40,987 nucleotides of DNA. It comes from Nemertoderma westbladi. Lineage: Eukaryota; Animalia; Xenacoelomorpha. The stretch is from contig JAUCBJ010008059.1 of NCBI GenBank assembly GCA_032718475.1, positions 1 to 40,987 on the forward strand, in the 5' to 3' direction. Every line of letters begins with the position of its first letter. The stretch's first letter is position 1. The position numbers and the translations under genes were made by a program. Below, one piece after another: positions 11,057 to 23,125 of the stretch. Under the pieces are notes generated by a model. It ran no database searches. It saw nothing but the letters and a program-made list of their open reading frames with translations, and was not told the DNA's origin.

Positions 11057-12250
11057 GGTGTTCGGACACTTCCCCCCCGGACACTTCCCCCCCGGACAGT
11101 TCCCCCCCGCTCAAGTAGGACACTTCCCCCCCGGACACTTCCCCCCCAGACACTTCCCCCCCGCGGACACTTCCCCCCCGACTGTTCTTAACTTCGCACA
11201 TTCGTATTTTTCATTTTGTAAGGTAAACGGACCGCTTGTATCCAGATAAGTTGTATCCAATTTTCCTTTCGTAGCTCAGAAAGTAATCTTTTGCATCCCG
11301 AGTTTACATTTTATATCCAAGTTTTATTTATGGGTTTTATCAATGCAATTACATCGTATTGTTTGCTAATCTTTAAACAATTAATTATATTAGATGACCT
11401 ATAAATTCCATGTCCATCCCCGGAATGATATACTGTTTTTATTAACTATAGAATTATAATAATTAATTGTTTTAATTATAGGTATTATTATGTAATAGTC
11501 TTCTTCAAATTGAAGCAGATGGGGATGAATATTATTGTTTCAATCAAAATTATACATCTCCAGGGTAAAATCGACATGCGTCGACCTGTATTCTGTGTTC
11601 AGCATTACATATTGATATATATATTACTATTATACATACTATATAGATATTATACACACTACATATTAAATTTCCTGGTTACTTGCAATTATGACTTGTT
11701 GAATTATATAATATTGTATTAATTTATATATTAAATTGGTTAACATTCAATACAGCTCCTACTTTAGGCTTAGTCAATTTATTATCTGATGATACAAACA
11801 TGAATTAATTATTTCAAAGTGGTCTTAAGTCTTTCACCACGGGCACTCAGGGAAATGCCGGGGTCTGGGGGCGATAACCCCCAAGAAAAGATGCGGGGGT
11901 TTGGGGGCGGCAGCCCCCAAGAAAAGAAGCGGGGGTTTGGGGGCGGCAGCCCCCAATTAAAAGAAATTAAAAGAATTAAAGGAATTAAAAGAAAAACAAA
12001 CAAAATTTTACTATAAAAATGTTTATTTTATAATTTTGAAAAACTTGTCTAGATACAACTTGTCCAATAACCATCTTTAACTTTTGTTTATTGCTTTGAT
12101 GCACCCAGATTAATTTTAACACTTTAACTGGGGGGGAAGTGTCCGGGGGGCAAGTGTCCGGGGGGGAAGTGTCCGGGGGGGAAGTGTCCTACTTGGGCGG
12201 GGGGGAAGTGTCCGGGGGGGAAGTGTCCGGGGGGGAAGTGTCCTAGATCC
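11057..12250. mobile_element. Foldback-type MITE with modular TIR arrays and an 8-bp TSD
   Basis: (ggacacttccccccc)n at 11064-11180 is inverted at 12130-12243; TSD taatgttg at 11049-11056 and 12251-12258. Confidence 0.85.
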
Positions 12251-12723
12251 TAATGTTGCTTTGCTTACTAAAGGTTGGTCTAGAGCCATACAATAGAGCT
12301 TTACGGAAATACACTTCCAAAGAGCCAAGCAGTGGCGGTATAGGTCCAAAATGCCCATGTAGAATTTCTTTGAATAAGGCTCAATTTCTTTAAGTTACAT
12401 TAATTAAAATACTGATAAATATATTTTGCTTTTCGCAGGAGGGACAGTATCCCTCTCTACAGTTAATATAGTGTACGTACATGGGTTAGTTATTTCTTGC
12501 GTTTATTTATATTTATACAGGTTTGGATATGATCTCTACTAGTTTGATTTTTGTTTTGTCAATTAATTAATTGTGCGGTTAATTTGTCAATCACAGCCTT
12601 AATTGGCTACATTGCTTATTGTATGAATGAATATAATTAGTTATTAAGACATTATTTTAATTAGTATCTGGTGTGATTAGGTCTACCTTTTACATAACAA
12701 CAGTACGTCAATGGCGGATATAC

Positions 12724-12825
12724 TACTACTACTAAGTCGAGCGAACTCGGACAGTGGAAATGAGATCCTTCCAGGCTTCCCGATTCTCCATAGTTGTCGC
12801 AATTTCGTTTCTCCCAAGTTCAGAG
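12724..12825 (-). mobile_element. ~100-bp 5'-truncated RTE-like insertion with a 13-bp TSD
   Basis: TSD atggcggatatac at 12711-12723 and 12826-12838; (TAG)n tail; encodes MENREAWKDLISTVRVRST*. Confidence 0.85.
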
Positions 12826-14171
12826 ATGGCGGATATACATTACATCATAATATGGCATGGCAGTCACGTGAAAACAAGGGCCTTCACATTCCCAATTCTC
12901 TATCTAATCTATTATGGTTGTGCGTAATGCTCAATACTACTTTATGATATTAATTCATTCACGTTTAACATTAACAGCCACGTTTCATCAACCCCCCCCC
13001 CCCCCCCCCCCCCGTTCCAATGTGACAAACTATCACGATATGTTGGCGTTGGGCCCCGTCCCTACGTCCACCCTCCCTTGTGAAGGGCTAGGGGGGACTT
13101 TCGACCCATCATTACTAAAGGGTAGTGATAATATTCAAAATAAGTTTTCCCATGTATACGTAATTTTATTCTTAAATAGGTACTTGTTTGTTCCTAAATT
13201 CTGCCTAAATGCTGCCTTACTCAATGTTAAATAATTTATTGTTCTCGATTATTTATTTCGTAACTAGGTAACTACAAACCAATATTATATATGGAGTTCC
13301 TTTTTCGAAGTTCGCCTTGCAGAGACTAAAGTTGCAATAACTTTTGAGTGTGTGAATGTAATTTACTCAAATAGGGTAGATGCCCGAAAAAATAGTTGGG
13401 CTAGAAGTATTACGTGCAAACCTTTTCATTTCAACACAACTAATAAAATTACCAAAAATATTTTTTTCACTCATTGTAATTATATTTACTGTTTGCTTAA
13501 TCTGTTTGTGTTTATATCTGTTTATGTGCAGTATTTAGTGCCCTACGTCAAAGAAACTAATATATTTATAGCATTATTTACATTTCTAATTAAATTAAGG
13601 AATTAAAAACGTGTTGGTGTTATTATATTCATTTATCGGAATTTATATTATAGGAATTTATTATTCGTTTATGCATTCTAGTTAATTAATTGATATATTT
13701 AACGACATAATTATGTAAATAAAAATTGTTAAATGAAACAAATCTTTATTTCGGTTTATAATTGACAATAGCACACCCTCACAATCACTTCAAATTGAGA
13801 GTTAAAGTGATTGACATTTTGTTAATGAACTACGCTTTTGTAAGGCATTGGCAAATTCCAACAAATTCCTATGGCGTCAAACATCTTCAGACAACTTCAA
13901 ACAGTTTCAGACAATTTCAAACAGCTTCAGACAACTTCAAACAACTTCAGATAGCTTCCAACAACATCCAACAGAAATTTCAAACACTTTCAGACGGATT
14001 TCAGACAAATTCAGATGGGCTCCAACAGACTAAACTTGTTGGAAATATTTTCTCCAACAGAATCAAACAGTACTAAATCTCCGTAGGTTAGCATTGTGCT
14101 TGTTTGAAGCTGTCGGAGTGTGTTGGATCCGATCGGATCCGATGGCACTCTGTTGGTGAGCGGGACTGTAG

Positions 14172-15285
14172 CATCGGCATGCTGCATTGCAGCTGCATTA
14201 TATGCATGCATTGCATATTACATATATTAAGAATGATGTGCCGGCTTGTCGACAAAATTGCGACGCCACAATTCCCTATCACCCATGATAGGGAATTGTG
14301 ATTTGCTTTTTTGATTTGGGATTTGCTAGATTATTCTCATCTTCAAGGCCAGTGTCCTTGAAGTTGCGTCTCAAGAAAGTCATGGGCTGTCCACCATGCT
14401 TATTCACTCCATGAGCCGCCAAAGCACAAGATTATGCACTGGCTGGTCCTCACGGCGAAAGCAATGATCCGGCAAAGCGGAGGCGGCTTTGTTCTAGTGT
14501 CAAGTTTGGTGGCACCAATGAGAGACCTCCAATGTTATATAGTGTCTATTTGGATATGTATGCATTGTACTTGACACAGTGAACCCGGCCTAGCATTTTT
14601 GTGATGTGCCATCCAGATATTTGGTGTCCTCAGCAGTTAGAGCCCAGCATGGCACTCCCATAGAGGAGTACTGGAACTACTGCTGCTCTAAATAATCGGA
14701 CCTTAAGTTTCCGATGAATTCTATGTGACTTCCAAATCCTGGAAAGCCCATTCAATGCTGCCCATGCCTTTCCCTTACGTATTCGAAGGTTCTGACTTCC
14801 GGATCCATGATCCCAGGTAACAGAAGTCATCCACATGCTCAAGCATACCATCCTTTGAGCTTATGCTCATCCGATCAGAGATTTGCTGAGGACTTTCAAA
14901 GTTAACTGTCAAAATTTTGATCTTTTTGGAGTAAATAAAAAAAACAACATTAGAAGAAACCTGTTCAAATGAGCTTAGGTGCCGTTGGGCACCTTCTAGT
15001 GATTCTGAGAGTACTCCTAAGTCATCAGCAAAGTCTAGATCAGTTAGGTACTTGGCGGGATTTCCTCGATCTCTAGTAGGTTTGAGTTACATTATCATCA
15101 CCCCATCATCATTAGGATGATCTAAGGACATCCACAATTATGAATGATGATTATGAATGATTATGAACTATTATGAGATTGGCGCAAGTGTGTCTCCTTG
15201 GAGGACGCCCCATAACACTTCAAATGGTTCTGTGTCACCGTCAACAGTAGACACAAATGTTGTCGAACCATCGTATACTGATTTG
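14172..15285 (-). mobile_element. Degraded 5'-truncated RTE LINE, paralog of 36183-38125
   Basis: Long colinear nucleotide similarity with 36185-37215; RIRKGKAWAALNGLSRIWKS..KLKVRLFRAAVVPVLLYGS. Confidence 0.9.
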
Positions 15286-15374
15286 TTACTGTTACCATTG
15301 TATACTGATGAGATTAACGAAATGTTCCAGAGTATGGTTTATTTATTTAATAGAATAAAATATAATTCCGATTC

Positions 15375-15670
15375 TAAACCATGCAACATTGGAATTCACA
15401 CATCTCAGCTATTTTACGGTGAAGTTCAGATTGTGTTACATATTTGGAATCCGTGCATGGCCAGCTTTCCAGCGGTACCATCAAATCACTAAAAGTTTGA
15501 AGAATAACTGCCGTGTAACTTGTGCAATATCGCCGGAGACACTTTTTCAAACGCTTGTAGCTAAAAAAATAAAGGCAAATATAATTAATCTGACTCAACC
15601 AGCAAGGAGGAGGGAGGTGAAACTATTTTCTTTTTCAAATTTCATGCAATCAAATGAAGATTTCAATATT
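15375..15670. mobile_element. Fragment of the palindromic MITE family at 38135-40830
   Basis: Matches 40265-40560 (aaccatgcaacatt..gcatggccagctttcc..acgcttgtagctaaa..tttcaaatttcatgcaat). Confidence 0.75.
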
Positions 15671-15713
15671 TACCATAATAGTATCATGTTTGTTCTCTGT
15701 AATATTATTCTAG

Positions 15714-15846
15714 CCTAATGAGAGAAGAAGTATCAGCTAGATATCAGCATCTACACACTCTAAACAGCGAACTTGCCAATATGTCTGGCACTTGTGAAAG
15801 GAAAATAACTTCGGTTAAGGAGAGAATTGATAAACTTAATTCGCAG
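15714..15846 (+). CDS. Probable internal exon of an unknown coiled-coil protein
   Basis: ttctag acceptor and CAG|gtttgt phase-0 donor; LMREEVSARYQHLHTLNSELANMSGTCERKITSVKERIDKLNSQ. Confidence 0.45.
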
Positions 15847-16104
15847 GTTTGTCTGATAAAGAACACAAGTACTAATGAGAAATACTACTCAACTAATTTC
15901 ATTAAAATATGTAATGCTTCTTCATTCAGTGCTTCAAAGTGTCCGTCCATGTAATTTAGTAATAAAAATAACAATTTGAAGGTTGTTGTTGGGGATATGG
16001 GGAAGGGGGGGGGGGGGGGGGGGGGGGGTAATAACCAGTCTCTCAATTGGCAATTGAACGTCAACATAATTTATTATTGGTGTTTTCGGTGAATGAGTGG
16101 TTTC

Positions 16105-16395
16105 ATATTATTATAACATTTTGTTGGGCACAGCTTTTGCAAAGTCGGCAATGACGTCCATTGTAGGGTTGAGCACAGTGACAGCTTATTACATTGACAA
16201 ATGGGAGGCCATGAGGAAGTAAATTGCGGACACACAAGGTATCAGATAATAGTATTTATAGGGCTATCTTTTACCTGAGCCGCTAGCTGAATGGTTAGAG
16301 CGTCAGACTTCCAACCTGGAAGTCACCAGTTCGATCCCACCTGGACGTCATCGCCGACTTTGTAAAATTACTGCCCAACAATAAGTTAATGTAAT
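16105..16395 (+). mobile_element. tRNA-derived SINE-like head with inverted-repeat flanks
   Basis: A-box ctagctgaatggttagagcg and B-box gttcgatccc (16283-16338); 16120-16160 is an inverted copy of 16342-16381. Confidence 0.65.
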
Positions 16396-16421
16396 TTATA
16401 TAGTAGGTACTATAGTTTTAA

Positions 16422-16862
16422 AGAGTGGAAGGGTTTACTGTGGAAGATCACCCATGGTGGTGAACAGACACATTCCTTTAGGCAACAGAGTGGAAGGATT
16501 TGCTGTGGAAGATCACCCATGGTGGTGAACAGGCATTCCTTAAGGAAACATAGTGGAAGGGTTTACTGTGGTAGATCAGCCATGGTTGTGAACAGGCATT
16601 CAATTAGGAAACAGAGTGGATGGGTTTACCGGGGAAGATCACCCATAGTAGTGAACAGGCATTCCTTTAGGAAACAGAGTGGAAGTGTTTGCTGTGGAAG
16701 ATCACCCATGGTGGTGAACAGGCATTCATTTAGGAAACAGAGTCGACGGGTTTACTGTGAAAGATCACCCATGGTGGTGATCTTCCACAGTATTTATTTA
16801 GGAAACAGATTGGAAGGGTTTACTGGGGAAGATAACCCATGTTGGTGAACATGCATTCCTTG
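16422..16862. repeat. Minisatellite, ~63 bp x 7
   Basis: Unit agagtggaagggtttactgtggaagatcacccatggtggtgaacaggcattcctttaggaaac. Confidence 0.95.
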
Positions 16863-17766
16863 GCGTAACGATCCTAAAAGATTCTCCCATTCACTATAAT
16901 TGTTTAATTAAGCATGCAGTATATACCTCAATGTAGTATTACTAACTTACTTAGCATATACTAATTAATTATGTTAGACGTCAACTCGTCACTCTGTATT
17001 TGCATGTGCAAGGGACGGGACGTAACTATGGCAGCTTCTTGGAAATTAGATATGCGTAAGTCTAGTAAAATAATGTGGTCCAAAAATTTGTAGGTGACCT
17101 TGTCACGATCAACTTTTGTATTGTTCAATGTTCAACCATCCCCCATAGTTACTCAATAATTCATGAATATATTTGACATTTGAAAGACATACAATTTCAG
17201 AATTGTTATAAATTTGCGATGGTTTGGGAGATGATATAATTGATATAGTTATAATCTATTTAAATACCATAATTATTCTTATGCACATTTTATGAAATCA
17301 GTCTATCATATGAAATAATACTATCATTTGAGGCCAAGATACCTAACATTACCACAACAATGTAAAGATCTATTAATTTTTTAGAAATAGTTCTAAAGAA
17401 ATAGTTAGAAATAGTTAAACGCGTATTTTCACCGATAGATATATAACTGGCATCCATTTTAGGTTTACCTCAATGCAAAGGTTATTTATTTATTATTTAT
17501 TTGATTCACGAATTGATCATATTCTACGTATCGCACTTTGTGTCAATTACAACAAACAACCTTTCCCACATCTGGAAATCCAGATGCTTTAGCCTTAAAG
17601 AGATCATTGTTTTTGTTCGGGGTTGGCCCTGGATCATTGTTTTTGTTCGGGGTTGGCCCTGGGTTGGCCCTGGGTTAGAATAAAGCTCCTTTCTGCTCCG
17701 TTCCGGTAAAAATTACTTCTAGCAGTTTCACCTACACACATTCACATTCTCAATGTGCACAATAGG

Positions 17767-17829
17767 GTCTGAGTTGGGGACTTCCCTCGTTGCTAACGAG
17801 GAAGCAACGGGGAAGTCTCCAACTCAGAC
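17767..17829. repeat. Isolated ~27-bp-stem hairpin
   Basis: gtctgagttggggacttccctcgttgct / agcaacggggaagtctccaactcagac with an 8-nt loop. Confidence 0.85.
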
Positions 17830-18367
17830 AATATTGTAATTTTGAATTAACCCCTCTAGGTCTTGTTCATTCCTTGTTGTACAAAATAACATCTGGAAAG
17901 TAAACACCTGTTGGTAAACACATGTCCGAGAAATTATCAGATAAGTAAAGCAAGCAGTCACCAACACTGAACTCAAACAACATTTAGGTTTGGCGTTTGG
18001 ATGCATGAGAACTACTGAACTGGTATGTTCTTTAGATAAATTTGGGAGTAGACTTTAGATACGGTACACTTGGTCCTCTTTTATGCCTTTTGTAAAAAGA
18101 AGCTCAAAATGTCAATTAAAAATACTAATTAAATATATATTTCAATTGGTTTCTATCATTGCTAGGCGCAAATGCAAAATACATTCCACATACAATATTA
18201 TTCCAAATACATCCATACATTCTACATTCTACAAAATACAATATAATACCTAATATTCATAAATAATACATACTTTAATTAATATATGTCTTTCATCTAG
18301 TTCTATAGCAACCTACAAAATATTATATCACATTTGTTACTTTAATTTGTAACTATATTAATATTAG

Positions 18368-18580
18368 GTCGTATCATACCGACGAGAGTGCAAACATCCT
18401 AAGACCTTCGCAGATCTAATGAATTCATCCGACGACTACTGCCCAGAATGCTTGTCCAAAAATCAAGGCGAACATTTGCAATACTTCAACGATTGGTCTG
18501 TTGTTGAGGGAGAGATACCATTGGCAAACCGGTATGAAAACTACGTGGCAAGTTTAACGGCATCACGACCTGCTAAGTAG
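18368..18580 (+). CDS. Probable terminal exon of the same unknown gene
   Basis: attag acceptor, phase 0, 70 open codons VVSYRRECKHPKTFADLMNSSDDYCPECLSK..SRPAK*; AATAAA at ~18603. Confidence 0.45.
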   Translation, partial: VVSYRRECKHPKTFADLMNSSDDYCPECLSKNQGEHLQYFNDWSVVEGEIPLANRYENYVASLTASRPAK

Positions 18581-19889
18581 GGAAATGTTATATCTATGTG
18601 AAAATAAATAATTAAGTCTATTGAATAGATATTTCCAATAACGTTATAGTAATATTTTCAATCACCATCTTCTCTGAAGATCTGTGCTTTTATATGGCAA
18701 CCTTGCCTGCCATTATATCACTTATTGGTACAGATAATAAGATGATACGGATGTCTCTGGATGGAAAAAGTATGCAATGCTCATTTCAAAAATTTAGGAA
18801 GGCATTCTATTAACACTTTATCATCCTATTACAAAACACAGCGCTTCCTACCCGGCCACTGCTATATTAGAACAGACCCACCTGTACCATTATTATAAAG
18901 GTCGGGATGATTAAAAGAATTGCATCAATCTAAAGTATAGATAGACACACATTTTATGGGCTTCGTGTTGCGAATTTGCCGAAGATAATGGAAAAATCTG
19001 ACCAGACCTTGAGTAAGAAACAATTAAACATGTTATATTTATAATGTAACAATTAATAACTAGATATGTTTTTCCTTTATCAATTCCATAATATTAAGAA
19101 ATCTCCTACGACACTTTTTGCTACAAATAAGTATTAACAATGTTGTTGTACAAATCTAAATTATTTTATTAATTAATAAGTGGGATGAGTGTATGAATGA
19201 GGTGAGAATGTAGCCTGCAAATTAAGAATGTGTCAATAGGAATCGAGTTTATCATTTATAACCGGTGTTTTCTATGTCCCAGACATAATAAAGTCATATC
19301 GATTGTAAAACATTCCTTACTTACATTATTCACTAGAATACTGGTAAAAGGTATATTTCAGCTGTAAGAATATCACATTCCATACTAAAATTATTTATTA
19401 TTTTACTTACTCACTTACATACTCTATGGTTGCATTTGATCCTGGGGAAATCATATTTACATTTTACAATGGGTAACGTAGTCTGTCTATATGACTACAC
19501 TCATACTATTATATAATTGATATTAATGCTTCTAAATATATTCCACCATGGACAATGTAAGAATACTGAAGTCGCTATTCGTGTAGAGCCAGCATTCCGC
19601 AAACCACAAACAACAACAGGTGTTGGATTCTTACAATAACACATATTGCTATGGCAAGAATCAACTCTTACACTATGACGTTCTTAATAATGGCAAGACT
19701 TGGGACTTTATGGCACGGCACCTGTTGACATAGCAACACTGTGGGTTATTAGTAGATGGTCGCTATCATCAGCATATACGTTAAATTCCTTTAATATTAT
19801 TCCCAGAAACCCGCTGTTGCAATATTTACGCTGGTAAGTTATTATTAATAAATTGTCTGAAAATTCGGTATTAATTCAAATTAAATCAT

Positions 19890-20653
19890 ATGGGCGACAT
19901 GTCGCCTGGATCCAAACCCGACAAACAGTCCGAACAAAAATGTGCGAATACATACAAGTCCGTGGTTGAAGGTCTGAAGTTATTATACAGAAACAAAATC
20001 CTACCGTTGGAGGAACTCTACCGATTCCAGGACTTCCATGGATCACCGTTGGAGGATGCAGACTTCGATGCTAAGCCTATGGTCCTACTGGTTGGTCAGT
20101 ACTCAACCGGTAAAACAACCTTCATCAAGTACATCCTAGAGAAAGATTTCCCCGGGATGCTCATAGGTCCGGAACCCACAAGCGATTCATTTTCCGTAAT
20201 AATGCACGGAATACAGGATGCTTTAGTCCCTGGCAACGCATTAGCTGTTGACGCAGACCACCAATTCCGCACTCTTTCAAACTTCGGAAACATTTTCCTA
20301 AATCGACTCAACTGCAGTGTGACGCCTAGCCAGGTGTTGGAGAGTCTCACCTTCGTCGACACACCGGGGATTCTTGCGGGGGAGATGCAGCGACTCCAAA
20401 GGGGTTACGATATAACCGGAGTGATTAAGTGGTTCGCCGGAAAATCCGACCGGATTATCCTCCTCTTTGATGCTCACAAACTCGACATCTCCGATGAGTA
20501 TCAGCGGGTTATTTTGGCGATCAAAGACCAGACCGACAAGATGAGAATAGTGTTGAATAAAGCTGATCACGTGGATGAGCAGCAGCTGATGAGAGTCTAT
20601 GGCGCACTCATGTGGTACCTGAGTAGTATAATGAGAGCACCCGAAATACCAAG
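19890..20653 (+). CDS. EHD: EH domain-containing protein family ATPase (EHD/RME-1/Past1), exon 1
   Basis: GQYSTGKTTFI P-loop, GPEPT, DTPGIL, LFDAHKLDIS, LNKAD, LMRVYGALMW; AG|gttagt donor. Confidence 0.95.
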
Positions 20654-21097
20654 GTTAGTTGATTTCAAATAATAAGAAACAATAGTGTTTGTTACTAGAA
20701 AATTTAATTGTTTGAGAGATCACTTTTTTTCAGCAGTTTAACGATATAATAAGTGATTTTATTTACTTCATGTATTTATTTATGTACCAATAATATTTAT
20801 ATCACTAGATGTAAGAAGAGATTGGCCTGCCCTATTTTGCAATGCCGGCACACCTAGATACGGGGCCTCCTAAATCAGCCATACATTTTATTTATTCCCA
20901 ACTCCATTCTCCTTGATGAGCCGGAAAGGGAAGGTCTGTACAAACCACAAGGTTGCCATGACTACTTGATGTCGCCAACCTGAACCCTGAAAATGCTATC
21001 ATATAGCATTAAGAATCTGTACTCACTCTATCTGTATATATATTTTGTCTTATCAAATGAGCTGGTGTTCTTTGTCTGTATTCTCTGATTGCTGTAG

Positions 21098-21260
21098 GGT
21101 TTATATCGGTTCATTCTGGGACCAACCACTTATCCACGACGGCAATCGTCAATTGTTTCAGAGGGAACACAAAGATTTATTCAATGATCTGCAAAGTTTG
21201 CCTAAGAATACCGCGTTGAGGAAACTAAATGACGTGGTCAAAAGAGCCAGATTGGTTAGG
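21098..21260 (+). CDS. EHD: EHD exon 2
   Basis: (R)VYIGSFWDQPL..ALRKLNDVVKRARLVR; tgtag acceptor and gtaagt donor; phase matches exon 1. Confidence 0.95.
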
Positions 21261-21466
21261 GTAAGTTAATGATTACCGTCCTGTTACACAGCGATATCGC
21301 AAGTGACACTGTAGGTAACAATGCCCACTGGCCGAAGGAACTGCTAACTATGTACACGTTCCTCCCAACAAACTTATAGTATCTATATCTTATCTTATAT
21401 ATATCTTGTATTATCTTATGTATTAACATGAATGTTTACACCGTGTACTGGTATTCTTTTTTCCAG

Positions 21467-21631
21467 GTTCACAGTCATATAATGGCTCATCTGAAATTCG
21501 AGATGCCATTTCTTTTTGGGAAAGAAGAAAAGAAAGTGGAACTTTTACGAGATTTAGATAAGATCTATGTGGAGATACAAAACAGATACGGAATTCCTAG
21601 TGGAGATTTTCCACCTGTCAAACAAATGCAG
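21467..21631 (+). CDS. EHD: EHD exon 3
   Basis: VHSHIMAHLKFEMPFLFGKEEKK..GDFPPVKQMQ; ttccag acceptor and gtaaaa donor. Confidence 0.93.
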
Positions 21632-21892
21632 GTAAAATTAAAAAAACTTCTTAAAAAAGGTAAAGTTCTAACCATCCGTGGCCGTTTTGGAAACGTGACC
21701 TATACCTATACCGTTATCATTTCAAAATAATAATATACCTTTAGTTAACAATGATAATGATAACGCAATATGATCACGATTTTAAGTAGACGACATTAAA
21801 TTACTGGTCGTGTTTGATTATTATAACAATTTCTTATGTATTTGTATAATCTATGTCTGTGCATATATTTATTATACAATAATACTTTTCAG

Positions 21893-22027
21893 GAAAAGTT
21901 GTCACAATATGATCTAACTCGATTTAGCTCTGTTAGACCCAAACTAATGGCTGCTATAGACGATTTGTTGGCTACGGATATTACTACGTTAATGAACATG
22001 GTTAAAACGGACCATTTCCATTATGAG
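21893..22027 (+). CDS. EHD: EHD exon 4
   Basis: EKLSQYDLTRFSSVRPKLMAAIDDLLATDITTLM; tttcag acceptor and gtaaat donor. Confidence 0.9.
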
Positions 22028-22169
22028 GTAAATTTGAAAAATATTAAATTAATAACCAGTCATCATATGTGATCCTAGGCGTTTGGAAATAGTCAGAGGA
22101 TGAACCTCAATAGGTTGCATTTGTTTTGGTTTCATCTCAGCATATACATTCAAAAATTATACTTTATAG

Positions 22170-23125
22170 CCCCACCTCCCATTCCACACCCCCACAACCC
22201 CACCGCAACCCACCACCCCAGCCCCCACCATTGCCCACCTCACAACCCCCCACCCCCAACCCCCACCATTGCGCACATCACAACCTACCACACCTCCAAC
22301 CCCCACCATTGCCCACATCACAACCCCCCCTAACCCCAACCCACACCACTGCCCACATCACAACCCCCCACACCCCAACCCCCACCATTGCCCACATCAC
22401 AACCCCCCACCCCCAACCCCCACTATTGCCCACATCACAACCCCCCACACCTCCAACCCCCACCATTGCCCTCATCACAACCCCCACACCCCCAAACCCC
22501 ACCATTGCCCACGTCACAACGCCCCACACCCCCAACCACCACCATTATTGCCCACATCATAACCCCCCACACCCCCAACCCCCACCATTGCCCACATCAC
22601 AACCCCCACACCCCAACCCCACCATTGCCCACATCACAACCCCCCAACCCTCACCATTGCCCACATCACAACCCACCCACACCCCCAACCCCCACCATTG
22701 CCCACATCACAACCCCCACACCCCAACCCCACCATTGCCCACATCACAACCCCCCACACCTCCAACCCCCACCATTGCCCACATCACAACCACCACCCCC
22801 AACCCCCACCATTGCCCACATCACAACCCCCGCACACACCCAACCCCCACCATTGCCCACATCACAACCCCCACCCCAACCCCCACCATTGCCCACATCA
22901 CAACCCCCCCCCAACCCTCACCATTGCCCACATCACAACCCCCCCACACCCCCAACCCCCACCATTGCCCACATCACAACCCCCCCACACCCCCAACCCC
23001 CACCATTGCCCACATCACAACCCCCGCACACACCCAACCCCCACCATTGCCCACATCACAACCCCCCACACCCCATCCCCACCATTGCCCACATCACAAC
23101 CCCCCCTCACCCCCCACACCCCAAG
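22170..23125. repeat. C-rich minisatellite (~30-40 bp variable unit)
   Basis: Core ccaacccccaccattgcccacatcacaacccc repeated about 25 times; the G-rich strand has many G3+ runs. Confidence 0.95.

Larger units (their letters stand above)
10537..14168. mobile_element. Non-autonomous TA-TSD TIR element (Tc1/mariner-pogo-like) carrying nested insertions
   Basis: TIRs CAGTCC(A/C)GCTCACCAACAGAGTGCCATCGGATCCGATC at both ends, flanked by TA; internal cagacaacttcaaa-type repeats at 10600-10705 and 13880-14030. Confidence 0.75.

Noticed and set aside
11058-11249. GHFPP and RTLPP repeat peptides
   Set aside because: These are translations of the foldback TIR arrays
20096-20570. Minus-strand ORFs overlapping EHD exon 1
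   Set aside because: Antisense shadows of a strongly conserved coding exon
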